Positions 11,098-21,913 of a DNA stretch of 58,189 bases are shown in pieces. Under the pieces are notes generated by a model. That model saw nothing but the letters and a program-made list of their open reading frames with translations, was not told where the DNA came from and did not search any database. Made by a program: the position numbers and the translations under genes. The DNA comes from a virus. Its lineage: Duplodnaviria > Caudoviricetes. The stretch's first letter is position 1. Each line of letters begins with the position of its first letter. The stretch is taken from positions 1 to 58,189 of the IMG/VR virus record IMGVR_UViG_3300037225_001359. One strand, given 5' to 3'.

Positions 11098-13023
11098 TTA
11101 TTTCTGCGTTGAGCTGACAATGTTTAATGAAACGTTATCGATACTATTACCAGCCTGCGTAACAATATCAACAAATGCTTGATAATATGACGGTTGAGAC
11201 ACATTTTGCTGAACCGTCAAATTCTTAATGAAATCGATTGCTTCTTGAGGATCGACTTCTTGATAATTTCCCTGCTGAATCTGAGCTGTCTTCAAATTAT
11301 TTAAAGCATCTAGTATTTGAGACGATATTTTTGTTTGAATATAATCAGGAAAAAGTTTTGCTCCTATCATCTTGATTAATGTCATTCCATACCATAATGC
11401 AACAGGATCACTTCCCAAAATAGTTTCAGTAATTTTTAACAAATCCTGAATCAGTTTTTCTTCTCTCCAAACTTTGAAATAATTTCCGACTCCGTCTGTT
11501 CTGTAATCTATCAATGAACTATGTGTTATGCACTTTGCACATTGGTCAGTTGGAACAGTATAATCAACCGAAATTCTGTCAGGTATTTCTTGTGTCTGAT
11601 AATAATATGAAACAACAATTTTGTCATAAACTTTGGGATAATCGAAAAGTTTGACATATCCTGTCAGTGGATTAATCGTCGCAACAGGTAAATTCACGCC
11701 GTATTGATAATTTGCTATCAAAACATCTGCTGGAGTGATGATGAATTTGAAATTGATAATTCCTGAATCTAAGTCAATTTCATAATCTGTTTGGTCTATC
11801 AATAAGTTTCCGTTTTTATAAAGTCGATAAGAATTTGAAAGAATCGGCGTATTAACCAGTTGATATTCAGAACTACGTCTTCTCAGAATTGTCTCATTAA
11901 CAACATCATAAACTTTTGTCACAACAACTGCATTATTTAAAGCGTTAATTGGACTATTATAAAAATTTTGAAACAACGGTAATAAAGGGCTGTTTACTGT
12001 CATAAACCAAAGTACTGTCGATGATCTATAATCATATTCAATACTAAATACTTGTCCAATAATTAAACCGACAAATAATGTTATTATTCCTCGAATTAAG
12101 TCAATGCTGAAATCAATTCCTTCAACTAATGTTTTTGAATCAACAGTCACAGTATAGCTTCCTGAAACAATATAACGATCCTTTAATTGAAATTGAGTTT
12201 CAGATCCAGCCACAGAAGTATAAACAAAATTTCCCTTCACATTAGAAATGAATTGATTTGATACATCTTCATAAACAACATGTACACGATTTGTTTTTTG
12301 CGGCAAATAAAATTCAACATCTCTAGCACTTGGAATTAATGATTTTTGTGACTTCTGAAGAAACCAACCATCACTGACTTGATGATAATATTGAACACTT
12401 ACTAATCCCGTTAATGAAGAATTTAATGTCAATATTCCATTTAATCCGTCAATGGCTTTTACGAATACTCTGTAATAATATGTCACTGTCACTGTATAGC
12501 CAGCAGGAATAACTTTATCAAACTGAATTTTTCCATTTGTTACATCAATATCAATCACTATAAACATATTCGTTACATCGATTATACCATTCATAATTTT
12601 AATGTCTAAATCATTATTATCAACAATTTGTGTATAATCATATGCGCCTGAATTTAACAATGGTTTGTTACTTGTTTTGAAAGCACTTTGTGAACCCGTG
12701 AATTGATTTGAAACATCTTCAGCAATAATTTTATTTTTAACTATGACGTCTGAAGTATATTTAGAAATGTTTCCTATTTTCAATCCGTCATAAATGGGAT
12801 ATGACAACACATGAATTATGCTTCCTGTCGGTATAACAGTTTCATGTATTAAAATCTCAGTTTTAAAATCAGTTTTTCTTTCAAAATCATTGATTCGAAC
12901 AATCAAATTGGAATTGCTTGTGAACTTGTCCAGAACAACAGTCAATTCGTCATCCTCAAAGATATGGTCTTCTTCCAAAATTCTGTGGTTACAAAAATCT
13001 GATAATTTGATGTCGTAACTCAT
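11098..13023 (-). CDS. gp25/GpW-like baseplate wedge subunit with N-terminal repeated beta-domains
   Basis: C-terminal EEKLIQDLLKI..T.LGS.P...WYG..L..MIG resembles gp25-like domains. Directly upstream of baseplate J. Repeats EDVSNQF and L.EG.D(F/Y).ID...G.I. Confidence 0.65.
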   Translation of the reverse strand: MSYDIKLSDFCNHRILEEDHIFEDDELTVVLDKFTSNSNLIVRINDFERKTDFKTEILIHETVIPTGSIIHVLSYPIYDGLKIGNISKYTSDVIVKNKIIAEDVSNQFTGSQSAFKTSNKPLLNSGAYDYTQIVDNNDLDIKIMNGIIDVTNMFIVIDIDVTNGKIQFDKVIPAGYTVTVTYYYRVFVKAIDGLNGILTLNSSLTGLVSVQYYHQVSDGWFLQKSQKSLIPSARDVEFYLPQKTNRVHVVYEDVSNQFISNVKGNFVYTSVAGSETQFQLKDRYIVSGSYTVTVDSKTLVEGIDFSIDLIRGIITLFVGLIIGQVFSIEYDYRSSTVLWFMTVNSPLLPLFQNFYNSPINALNNAVVVTKVYDVVNETILRRRSSEYQLVNTPILSNSYRLYKNGNLLIDQTDYEIDLDSGIINFKFIITPADVLIANYQYGVNLPVATINPLTGYVKLFDYPKVYDKIVVSYYYQTQEIPDRISVDYTVPTDQCAKCITHSSLIDYRTDGVGNYFKVWREEKLIQDLLKITETILGSDPVALWYGMTLIKMIGAKLFPDYIQTKISSQILDALNNLKTAQIQQGNYQEVDPQEAIDFIKNLTVQQNVSQPSYYQAFVDIVTQAGNSIDNVSLNIVSSTQK

Positions 13024-13025
13024 TT

Positions 13026-13542
13026 TTAACTGACACCTGATTGTGTTTGAAAGTTTTGCATATCCTGCACTGTATTGAACAAGAACGAAGAATTTTCCTT
13101 AGTAAATAATGATTCGACATTATTCAAATTTAATTCTGTTTCTGTCTTTGAAATAGCTTTTCTGTCCATTGCTTCTTTTATTTGCTCAATCGCATCAGTC
13201 AATTTTAAAATTTTATATTCCAAGTGTTCTCTTTTAAATTTGATATGAGAAATAAATGGTTTTTTGATTTTTGAAATCAATACTCCCGATTTTCTGTCGT
13301 CTTGGTCGGGAACTTGTCTAATTAACGGTAATTGTGTTTCTATTGTCGATAATTTTTGTATAACTTGACCACCAAATGCCGCATCCGCTTGAAGAAAACT
13401 TGCTCGAGTACGTTCTAAGTTGTTTTTTTGAACTCTTAAATAGTTTATTTCATCTTCAATAGTCTGCAACTCACCCAGCAAGAAGTTTCTCAAATCATTT
13501 AGTTGATCTTTTGACAATGTACCTAAAAAATTAAATGCCATT
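13026..13542 (-). CDS. Hypothetical coiled-coil protein
   Basis: Start moved to MAFNFLG, which lies 3' of the late motif at 13558-13573. Heptad-rich sequence. Confidence 0.6.
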
Positions 13543-13557
13543 TTAAATACCCGTTTG

Positions 13558-13573
13558 ATAAAATCTATAGAAA
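13558..13573 (-). promoter_or_regulatory. Putative late promoter motif, copy 2 (TTTCTATAGATTTTAT)
   Basis: One mismatch to consensus, immediately after the TAG at 13576. Confidence 0.55.
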
Positions 13574-13575
13574 AA

Positions 13576-16500
13576 CTATGCAGACAATCCAAATAATAGA
13601 TTCATTGCATTTTTTATCGCGTCAATGCTTTCTCCTCCAGCAGGAGCTCCATAAGCAAGAACGACTCCAGCAGTGAATCCAGTTCCATCACTATTTGGTC
13701 CATTTTCAGCGAATTGAATTGATTGCTTGAGATATTGTGTTCCACCAATTTTAGGTTGCACATTCAAAAGATAAAAACCAGGTCCTGAAAAATCGTTCTT
13801 TAAAATATTCAAAACAACTTGAATCTTTGCGATAAAGTTGTTCAAATTGTCGATTTTTGTTTGTATTAAATTGATAAAATTAATGATTGCATCAGCATTT
13901 TTATCTGTTCCTGATTTCAATGAATTCAAAAATATCAGCAATTGGTCAATCACATCATTTATCGCAGGAAACAATTGTAATAAATTCAAGCCAAGTTTGT
14001 CCCAGTTAGGAGGAGATCCATTATATCCAGCCCTGGGATCGACTTTCAAATAACCGTCACATCTTTGAGACATAATTCCATTTTGACAGGCAATTGGATC
14101 CCAAAATTTATTAAATTGAATGTTTTCAGGCACTAATGTCGCATTTTGTACATTTGTTGTTGCTGTTATTCCTAGAATAAGTCTCTGAGATAAAGCAGTT
14201 TGTGAAATCGTGCATTGAGTTCCATTATTATAAATGCAGTTTCTGTTTTCATATCCGGGACATAAAGTTGTACCATCAGAACAGGTCGTAAAATCAAAAT
14301 AATATTTGCTAAATTCTTCATTGACACATCTAAAAAATTGCTTAGATTTTATTGTAGCATAATAATCATAAGAAACTGAATATAAATATGTTTTGTTAAT
14401 GTCACCAAAATTGATTTGTATTATACCTGCTCTAGGATCAATAACCGTGAAAGCATTTGATGCAACAGTAATATCATTTCCTAAATATTCCATGACGTTT
14501 GTAATTTTAACAGTTGACATATCAACGGGCTGTCCGGCTTTCAAATAGATAATAGCCTGTCCTTTACTTGTCACTGAATCAGTTGTAGATACTGTTTCAA
14601 GCGGAACTTGATAGAAATATTCGACTACAAATTCTTGAACAAAATCTGCGGAATTGATAATTGTAATGATTTTGCCGCTTATTCTATATTCAGACGTTGC
14701 CAATGGACTTAATGCATTATTTCCATTCATTCTATATCCCGACACAGACGAAATTGAAATAGGAAAATATTTCAAAATCAACTGTCCGTTGGAATCCGAA
14801 TTAAGTTGTTCTGATATTTTCTGGTCAAATCCACATCTATAAAATCTACATCTTGCTAAATTATAAGTCACTGATCCGAATCCATTTGAAGCTTTTGCAC
14901 TAACTTCAGATGAATAGGGACCAACAATTATTCCAGTAACAGTCGGTTGAATGACAGTATTTCCGGAATATTTTTTCTTCAAATCACCTGATTTTTTTCC
15001 GATAATCGAATCATTTGTATTGAGTGCTGATGCTAAAACGTAAAAATATGTTTGCCCATTTTGAACACTCTTGTCTTCGAAAAGAAATCTTCCTGCAACT
15101 GTTTCACCCAGACTAGAAAGAAAACTACTTATTTTTCCTCCGAATTGAGATAACTGATCTGAAATTTGTGTTGTCGTTAAAGGATTAGCAGTATCTTTAA
15201 GTATATTCGATAATTGTTCAATAGTATTCATTCGTCCAATTATGTCATAATTTGTCACAACTCGTCCATTTTGATCGACCATGATATTACCAGTTGCTGC
15301 ATCAGTCACAATTTCACCGCCTGAAATTTTGCTTCTCATGACTAATATAGATTCTGGAATATAACCGTCGTTAGGTGAACAAGTAATTTTAACTTCATTG
15401 TTTCCACCCAACGCATTGAGGTTTGTCGGTGGATCAAATTGCGCAACAAATTCGTGTTTTAAGACATTGGCAATCATGACTATTACGTCTAATACTTTCG
15501 TCAAATCTCCAGAATCTGCAGCAAGGACTACACATCCTGCAATAGCATCGTCTGAAAATTGTGGTCTATTCGTATCAGATGCATTGTCAAATGAATATAT
15601 GATTTTACTTACAAATGCTTGTGAACCACCTCTAACACTGTCAAAATAATCTGAAACATTTCCGAAAACCTTTTGTAAATCAGTTTGTGATATTGTTTTA
15701 AAATATTGCGGCGTATTTGTCGGATTAATTCTTTTGTCTCCTGGCAAAATCCACAATGAATATAATCCGGTCGATTGTAAATCTTTCGTAAAATTATTTA
15801 TCAACAATATCAATGCATTGACTATCAATTTCACTGGATCTGTAAAATCCATAATGAATGCTTTTATAATATTCAATATTCCTTTCAACACACCCAAAAA
15901 TGTTGTCACTGTTGTTGCTACATTACTCAAACTACCCGCAACTTCTTGAATAACGGGTGGAACAATTTTGTCTAATGAAAATTCTGACCATTGTAATCCA
16001 GCTGCTGTTCCAGTACCAGATAAAGAAATATGAACCTTATTGTTTGACGGATCATTCGACAAAATATCAAAACTTGACGGAAACTGTCCGACATAACCGG
16101 GATTGAAAGTAACACTTACTTCTGTCTGAGAATTAGAAGCCACATCTCCTGATGATGGACTAATTTTATATTCAGTTGCAAATAATGCAAATTTTGCAGA
16201 AAAAGTTAAACCAGCTTTTCCGGTATTCTTAATTGTTATTGTTTTTGAAGCTGATGATGATAAAAGTTGATTTCCAAATGCCAATGAAATTGGTGAAACA
16301 GAAATTCTGGGAACATTTTTTCCTTTTCCGCTTAAATTTAATGTCACTGAAGCATTTTGCGGATCGTTCGTTGTCAAAACTATATTTGCTACTTCATCAC
16401 CTTCTGTCACTGGAGAAAAAGAAACTATAAAATTTGAAGATTGAGCTTGTGCAATTGTCAATTTCGATGTACTAGTCGTAAAAATTCCACTGGATGATGC

Positions 16501-17541
16501 TATATTAACTTGTAAAGTCACATTTCCAATATTAGAAATCGGTACTGATACTGATTGTGAATCTCCTGGTGAAGTATCAGAAAATGCAATTGTCGTCGTT
16601 TTTAATCCCAGCACAAATATCGGAACTCCTCCTGTACCCAAAACAGTTACGCTAAAATTAAGTTTTTTACCTGATGTTTGAAATGTTCCATGTCCTGTCA
16701 CAATAGCTTGTCTTTTTAATTGTACAGTCGGAGTAAAAGAAACTATGAAATTGCCAGTTGTACCTTGTGTTAATATCAATGAGCTTGGAGCAACAGAAAA
16801 TCCGTCATCACCATTGATGCTAAAACTATCTACAATAAAATTTTCATAACTTTGATTTATTATTGAAAAGCTCTGAGTCACCGTAGTATTTACTTCAACA
16901 TTTCCAAAACCATAAGTCAAAGGATTAACATTGATATTTTCTTGCAATCCGATTCCTGACAAAATCACAACAATATTGGGATTTACAAAATCATCTGACG
17001 TAATTGTTAAATTAGCTTGAATCGTTCCCACATTTTGCGGAATAAATGATAATACTATTGTTGCCGAACTTTGTGGACTGATGCTGCTTGTACTAGTTTT
17101 AACAATAAATTGAGTATCAGAAGAAATAATGCTAGAAATACTCAGATCATAATCTGAAACATTATTCAATGTCAGATTCATGTCTTTTGATTTCCCGATA
17201 AATGCATTTCCAAATGATAATGACTCTGAGACGTTAAGAATTGGTGCAACTCCTGAACCGACAACTGACAATGCCTCAGTGCCCGATCCATAATTAAAAA
17301 TAATATTTGCAGCATCGCTTATTACATTGTTGGGACTATATTCTACGACAAAGTTGACTTTCTGCCCAGCAATGATAGAACCCGAAGAAATGGGCAATAT
17401 AAAATTAACATTTGTTGAAGTTGCAGAAAATGTAATCGTCACATTTCCAGTATTTGATATTTGAATTGTCTTTTGAAGCTGCACTCCAATTTTGACTTTT
17501 CCAAAATTCAAAGCTTGCGTTGATAAGATAAAATTAGACAT
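13576..17541 (-). CDS. Baseplate-region protein with about 5 tandem ASH/choice-of-anchor-D (Abhydro-Ig-like) domains and amphipathic helical segments
   Basis: Repeats of L.FG.V......T..I.N.G...L ... V.F.P...G...A...I.S(N/D)DP....V.LSG.G in the first ~510 aa. Long amphipathic helices later. Confidence 0.7.
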   Translation of the reverse strand: MSNFILSTQALNFGKVKIGVQLQKTIQISNTGNVTITFSATSTNVNFILPISSGSIIAGQKVNFVVEYSPNNVISDAANIIFNYGSGTEALSVVGSGVAPILNVSESLSFGNAFIGKSKDMNLTLNNVSDYDLSISSIISSDTQFIVKTSTSSISPQSSATIVLSFIPQNVGTIQANLTITSDDFVNPNIVVILSGIGLQENINVNPLTYGFGNVEVNTTVTQSFSIINQSYENFIVDSFSINGDDGFSVAPSSLILTQGTTGNFIVSFTPTVQLKRQAIVTGHGTFQTSGKKLNFSVTVLGTGGVPIFVLGLKTTTIAFSDTSPGDSQSVSVPISNIGNVTLQVNIASSSGIFTTSTSKLTIAQAQSSNFIVSFSPVTEGDEVANIVLTTNDPQNASVTLNLSGKGKNVPRISVSPISLAFGNQLLSSSASKTITIKNTGKAGLTFSAKFALFATEYKISPSSGDVASNSQTEVSVTFNPGYVGQFPSSFDILSNDPSNNKVHISLSGTGTAAGLQWSEFSLDKIVPPVIQEVAGSLSNVATTVTTFLGVLKGILNIIKAFIMDFTDPVKLIVNALILLINNFTKDLQSTGLYSLWILPGDKRINPTNTPQYFKTISQTDLQKVFGNVSDYFDSVRGGSQAFVSKIIYSFDNASDTNRPQFSDDAIAGCVVLAADSGDLTKVLDVIVMIANVLKHEFVAQFDPPTNLNALGGNNEVKITCSPNDGYIPESILVMRSKISGGEIVTDAATGNIMVDQNGRVVTNYDIIGRMNTIEQLSNILKDTANPLTTTQISDQLSQFGGKISSFLSSLGETVAGRFLFEDKSVQNGQTYFYVLASALNTNDSIIGKKSGDLKKKYSGNTVIQPTVTGIIVGPYSSEVSAKASNGFGSVTYNLARCRFYRCGFDQKISEQLNSDSNGQLILKYFPISISSVSGYRMNGNNALSPLATSEYRISGKIITIINSADFVQEFVVEYFYQVPLETVSTTDSVTSKGQAIIYLKAGQPVDMSTVKITNVMEYLGNDITVASNAFTVIDPRAGIIQINFGDINKTYLYSVSYDYYATIKSKQFFRCVNEEFSKYYFDFTTCSDGTTLCPGYENRNCIYNNGTQCTISQTALSQRLILGITATTNVQNATLVPENIQFNKFWDPIACQNGIMSQRCDGYLKVDPRAGYNGSPPNWDKLGLNLLQLFPAINDVIDQLLIFLNSLKSGTDKNADAIINFINLIQTKIDNLNNFIAKIQVVLNILKNDFSGPGFYLLNVQPKIGGTQYLKQSIQFAENGPNSDGTGFTAGVVLAYGAPAGGESIDAIKNAMNLLFGLSA

Positions 17542-17779
17542 TTATTTTTCCTTCAGCAATGTTTTTCAATTTTGTCTTTAATTGTTGAAATTCAGCATTA
17601 TTTTGCAAACCCTGAGTACTGTACATTTTTTGTAATGTATCGACTTTATTGACAATGTCAAGCAACTCTTTATTGACAATTTGTTTTGTCAAACTTTCGA
17701 TCTGTTCAAAAAATTTGACCATTCCAAGCTTGTCAGTATATTGCCAATTTACTTTTTCTTCAAGCATTGATAAGAGCAT
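17534..17779 (-). CDS. Small hypothetical helical protein
   Basis: Overlaps both neighbours in operon fashion. Start uncertain. Confidence 0.55.
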   Translation of the reverse strand: MLLSMLEEKVNWQYTDKLGMVKFFEQIESLTKQIVNKELLDIVNKVDTLQKMYSTQGLQNNAEFQQLKTKLKNIAEGKINV

Positions 17780-20700
17780 CTAAGTTAGATGACTGAGCTG
17801 AATTTTGTGCCTGTGTCGCATTATTGTTATCTATTGAATTCAATAAATTTCCAATCTTTTTATAAGATCCTAATTTATAATCCAAACGCAATGGTAAATT
17901 ATCTCGCCTTGGTTCATATAAACTATCAGTTAATAACGGAAGTATTTCATTTACTCTTGTGTTGATTTGAGTCGACCTTGTGTTAAAATCAAACGTTAAT
18001 CTATGTGACGAATCAACGATTCTATTCGCTACATTAGAAAAATCAATAGTATAAAATTGAACGGTCACGTTTGAATAATCTACCGGTGCTGCAGGATATA
18101 TCGACAAATCATTAATACCAGCATCAAATCCTAATTTAGTTGCTAATAATCCTCTTACTTGAATTTTTGATGTGCTAGTTATTATTACATTTGTCGTTCC
18201 CGAAAAAACGTTGATATATAAATTCATCCAAGTTGTTAAATCCGCAATTGAAATAGAATTACTATTTGAAAATATTCCACTTCCTGCAACAGCACTGCCA
18301 CCATTTGAAACACCATTTTTTCTTCCAATTTTTAAACTTACAGCAGCATCATTAACGCCATCTGAATAAACTTTTACTGAAGAGTTTGTACCACCTGAAC
18401 CACTAACTAAGGCATATGAAATATTTGTTTCATTGAAAGAACATGTAAATCCTAAAAATGATGCACGATCTGTAATGTTATTAATGTAAATGTTTCTAAC
18501 TTCTTGTTGAATTTTTGCTGCAATATCATATCCGTTAATCTGTGTTCCCAAAATAATTTCATGCAAAGCTTGATATTGATATGAAATTAAAATGACATCA
18601 CCCAAAGATAATGGCAAACGAGGCAAAAATGTGATAATTCCTTGCTCCCAATCAGTTATTGTATAGTCAACGTTTTCAACTAAAACAGTATCCGGTCCGA
18701 CTAGATGTGTAATTCTTCCAGACGAAGTACCCAAAACTAGCAATGGATGCTGTGTCTGCACAGTAATTATTACTTCTGGCGGTATCAAAATATAGGGTAT
18801 TGTTGATAATATCGTTACAGGATCATCTATCATTGTCATCGCAATGTTGTCTATATTGATTAACAATCTGTCATTTGTATTGCTCGTTATTTTTGTTACT
18901 GCATTTGTTCCTGAGAGACAATATCCAGCAATTAAACTAGCTCTCATCGAAACCGGCTGATCTGAATCGATATTAATTGTCAAATCATCACCGTCTGACA
19001 ATCTGAATGGACTTGACATCCTACTAATCAACTTTGCTGAAGCAGAACTATCTACGGTATATGTATTTGAAGTTGTGAAAAACTCTGGATTACTGAATGT
19101 ACCCGTAATATGTCTTCCACCATTAACATTTACTAACGGTGGAGGATTGTTATAAATCAGTTTTCCAGTATGTGACGCTATCATAAAAGTTGTACCTGAA
19201 ACAGTCTCAGTTTCTTTTTTAATATTCAATAAACCCGCATGGTTTTGAAGAAGATCATTCAAACTGTTCCAATTCTGTGCAGCACTTTCATACGCAATAG
19301 TTTTTCTATTAATTTCAGGTCCCGTTTCACTGATATGATTTGCATAAGCGCCTCGTTGATGTCGAATTGCACTTATCACTTGCGATACTTTTGTAAATTC
19401 AGTATTTGCTAAACTTTCCCAACCATCTAGCAGAATTTCATTATCATATTGTGACAAACTCAAAACTTGTGACAATAAATTTGAATCTACATTTTCCGAT
19501 TGTGCATAATATCTTTCTAAAAACATTAAACTTTTTTCATTTATTGTCAGATCGATAATATCACCGATTGGGAAAAACTGTTTGGGAAAAACCATTGTGA
19601 ACGGATTTGAATTTGTGATTTGAGTTTGATAATCGCTTGTACATGGCAAAATATGATCCGTAGAATTAAATCCCAAACGATCTGCCATGCTATATTTTGT
19701 ATCTTTTCCAGTTCCAAATAAAATCGTTCCCAATCCTGATAATGTGAATTGCTTAGCTGTAAAATTATATGTACAAGTAATTCCCGAACCTGCAAATGCA
19801 TTTGAAATTGCAGTGTCCAATCCGATTGAATCTTCCGAACTTGACGGCGGATATTCTCCCGATACAATTGTCACAGTTTTTTCAACATTAGCGATCTGAG
19901 TGTAATTTATTTTATTATTCGTTGAATCAATGACAACTTTTCCATTGGGATAAATTCTTGGTTTACTTCTTGAACCATCGTCATAAATTTTTGTTGTCGG
20001 AAAACTATATGCTTGAAATCCAGTCCCAACTAAATATCCTGTGTCTGATGAATATAAAATTGAATGTGATAACCTAGAATCCCAATTGGCTCTAGAATCT
20101 ATTTCAGCTACAATGACATTTTGATATACACCCGTTTTTTGATTTAATTCATCATATAAAGAACCCAAAGTATCAAACGCATTTGTGAATTCTTCTTCAA
20201 CCGGAATATCAAATCCCAACATTGTTCTGGCATCTCGTAACGGATCAGGACCCGGTAAAATATGAACAGATGAAATTAAACCGACCATTCCGTGTCGGCA
20301 AACAACTCCCGAATAAATGATAAATTGCTGAGAATATGAATAATACTTGCAAACAGCATTTGTAAAACCACCACTACCCACTTCTCTCAATTTTGCTTGA
20401 ATAGAAGCCGCAACATCAGCAGCATCATCAAATCCCGAACAAAGTAATGGTCCACTTAATGTATTTCCAAATCCGCTCCAAAGAACACCATAATCATCAT
20501 TATCATCGCCCAATGTTACACTATGAAAACATCTTCTAAAATCTTTAATTTGTATTGTCTCCGTTTGATTACCCATTTTAACTGTCAATAAATTATTTTG
20601 ATATTTTCCTTGGATTTTATATTGTTGATTCAAGTCGTCAAATCCTATGATATTTCTCAAATCGCTTGTGTAACCATACATGATTTGCAATGTATCCGTT

Positions 20701-21911
20701 GCAACTAATGGTACAACTAATTCTAAAATTCCAGATGCCAGAACAATTGAGTAGTCAATATGATCAGACAATAAAACTGAATTTTTATAAACTGAATATG
20801 TATTAATAAGAACAGGAAAATGATTTAACTGAAATAATGTTGCATCTGCTTTATTTGTGAATGTCATGCTTTCAATCAATGGATTAGCTTGTAAAACTTC
20901 AGCAGTCGACGAACTTCCTCCTGATCCTGATGCTATTGTAAAAATATTCAAATTGTCATTATAAACACATGATGCACTTGTGAATGGACTTTGATAAATA
21001 ATTCGTTTCATCGAAAAGCCAAATTTATTATTGGGATTTCCATATCCGTTTGAAATTTGAAAATAACCAGATGATATTGAAATTTGAATTTGAGTTCCGT
21101 TAAGAGCTACTGTTACACCAGACCAATGCTTATTGAAAAAATCGACACATTCTTTTGCCGTTGCCATAATTTGTTGTCCGAAAACTAATGCAAAACCGTC
21201 TGCTGAAAATGTTGCAGGTTGTAAATAACCTCCGTTGACTTGAAGATACATCGTATCACCGATATTAACTTCAAAATAAGGTGCTAAAATTGTGTTTAAT
21301 GTTGATCCCGATTCAATCTGTTGAAATAAATTTTGAATTATTGATGAAAGTTGCAGTCCTGTCATTTGAATCGGCAACGCTAATATGTCAGCAACATCAA
21401 CTTCTTGCTCATATCCGTCCATTTTAACTTTTAATTTTCGATGACAATCGTCAATTATAATATTTGGTGATGATAAAACTTCTGATGTTGTTGATCCGTG
21501 TCTGTCTCTCGACCAAATATCAAAATCATTTCCAATATTTGTTCTTGATTGTGAATATCCTTTGATGGGAATAATAGGAATATTAACAACTTGTTGATTA
21601 TTTTCTGTAATTTTCAATCTGCCATCTCTAATTCTTATTCTTGCATCATCAACAGTATCATAAATGACAAATGTTTCTTCTTGCAATGCATCCACGATTT
21701 CATGTCCGTCCAAATATTTTAATTCGTCTTCATAAAAGAAAATATCGCTATGAATATCATCTACAATTTTCTTGAACGGAATGTCCAATGGATATAAATC
21801 TGCTGTCGCATTGAAAGCATCATTATTACCATTTGACAAATCAGTGTTCTGTGAAAGTAAATTTTCATTTTCACTTTGTAATAAATTTTTGTCTTGAATC
21901 GATAGTGACAT
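17760..21911 (-). CDS. Large baseplate/tail-associated structural protein
   Basis: 1383 aa. Repeats of A..IQ..(L/I)R...F...C.Y......I.SG..G..S.V and L....DY.I....G.I shared with other structural ORFs here. Lies between spike and wedge genes. Confidence 0.55.
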   Translation of the reverse strand: MSLSIQDKNLLQSENENLLSQNTDLSNGNNDAFNATADLYPLDIPFKKIVDDIHSDIFFYEDELKYLDGHEIVDALQEETFVIYDTVDDARIRIRDGRLKITENNQQVVNIPIIPIKGYSQSRTNIGNDFDIWSRDRHGSTTSEVLSSPNIIIDDCHRKLKVKMDGYEQEVDVADILALPIQMTGLQLSSIIQNLFQQIESGSTLNTILAPYFEVNIGDTMYLQVNGGYLQPATFSADGFALVFGQQIMATAKECVDFFNKHWSGVTVALNGTQIQISISSGYFQISNGYGNPNNKFGFSMKRIIYQSPFTSASCVYNDNLNIFTIASGSGGSSSTAEVLQANPLIESMTFTNKADATLFQLNHFPVLINTYSVYKNSVLLSDHIDYSIVLASGILELVVPLVATDTLQIMYGYTSDLRNIIGFDDLNQQYKIQGKYQNNLLTVKMGNQTETIQIKDFRRCFHSVTLGDDNDDYGVLWSGFGNTLSGPLLCSGFDDAADVAASIQAKLREVGSGGFTNAVCKYYSYSQQFIIYSGVVCRHGMVGLISSVHILPGPDPLRDARTMLGFDIPVEEEFTNAFDTLGSLYDELNQKTGVYQNVIVAEIDSRANWDSRLSHSILYSSDTGYLVGTGFQAYSFPTTKIYDDGSRSKPRIYPNGKVVIDSTNNKINYTQIANVEKTVTIVSGEYPPSSSEDSIGLDTAISNAFAGSGITCTYNFTAKQFTLSGLGTILFGTGKDTKYSMADRLGFNSTDHILPCTSDYQTQITNSNPFTMVFPKQFFPIGDIIDLTINEKSLMFLERYYAQSENVDSNLLSQVLSLSQYDNEILLDGWESLANTEFTKVSQVISAIRHQRGAYANHISETGPEINRKTIAYESAAQNWNSLNDLLQNHAGLLNIKKETETVSGTTFMIASHTGKLIYNNPPPLVNVNGGRHITGTFSNPEFFTTSNTYTVDSSASAKLISRMSSPFRLSDGDDLTINIDSDQPVSMRASLIAGYCLSGTNAVTKITSNTNDRLLINIDNIAMTMIDDPVTILSTIPYILIPPEVIITVQTQHPLLVLGTSSGRITHLVGPDTVLVENVDYTITDWEQGIITFLPRLPLSLGDVILISYQYQALHEIILGTQINGYDIAAKIQQEVRNIYINNITDRASFLGFTCSFNETNISYALVSGSGGTNSSVKVYSDGVNDAAVSLKIGRKNGVSNGGSAVAGSGIFSNSNSISIADLTTWMNLYINVFSGTTNVIITSTSKIQVRGLLATKLGFDAGINDLSIYPAAPVDYSNVTVQFYTIDFSNVANRIVDSSHRLTFDFNTRSTQINTRVNEILPLLTDSLYEPRRDNLPLRLDYKLGSYKKIGNLLNSIDNNNATQAQNSAQSSNLDALINA

Positions 21912-21913
21912 TT

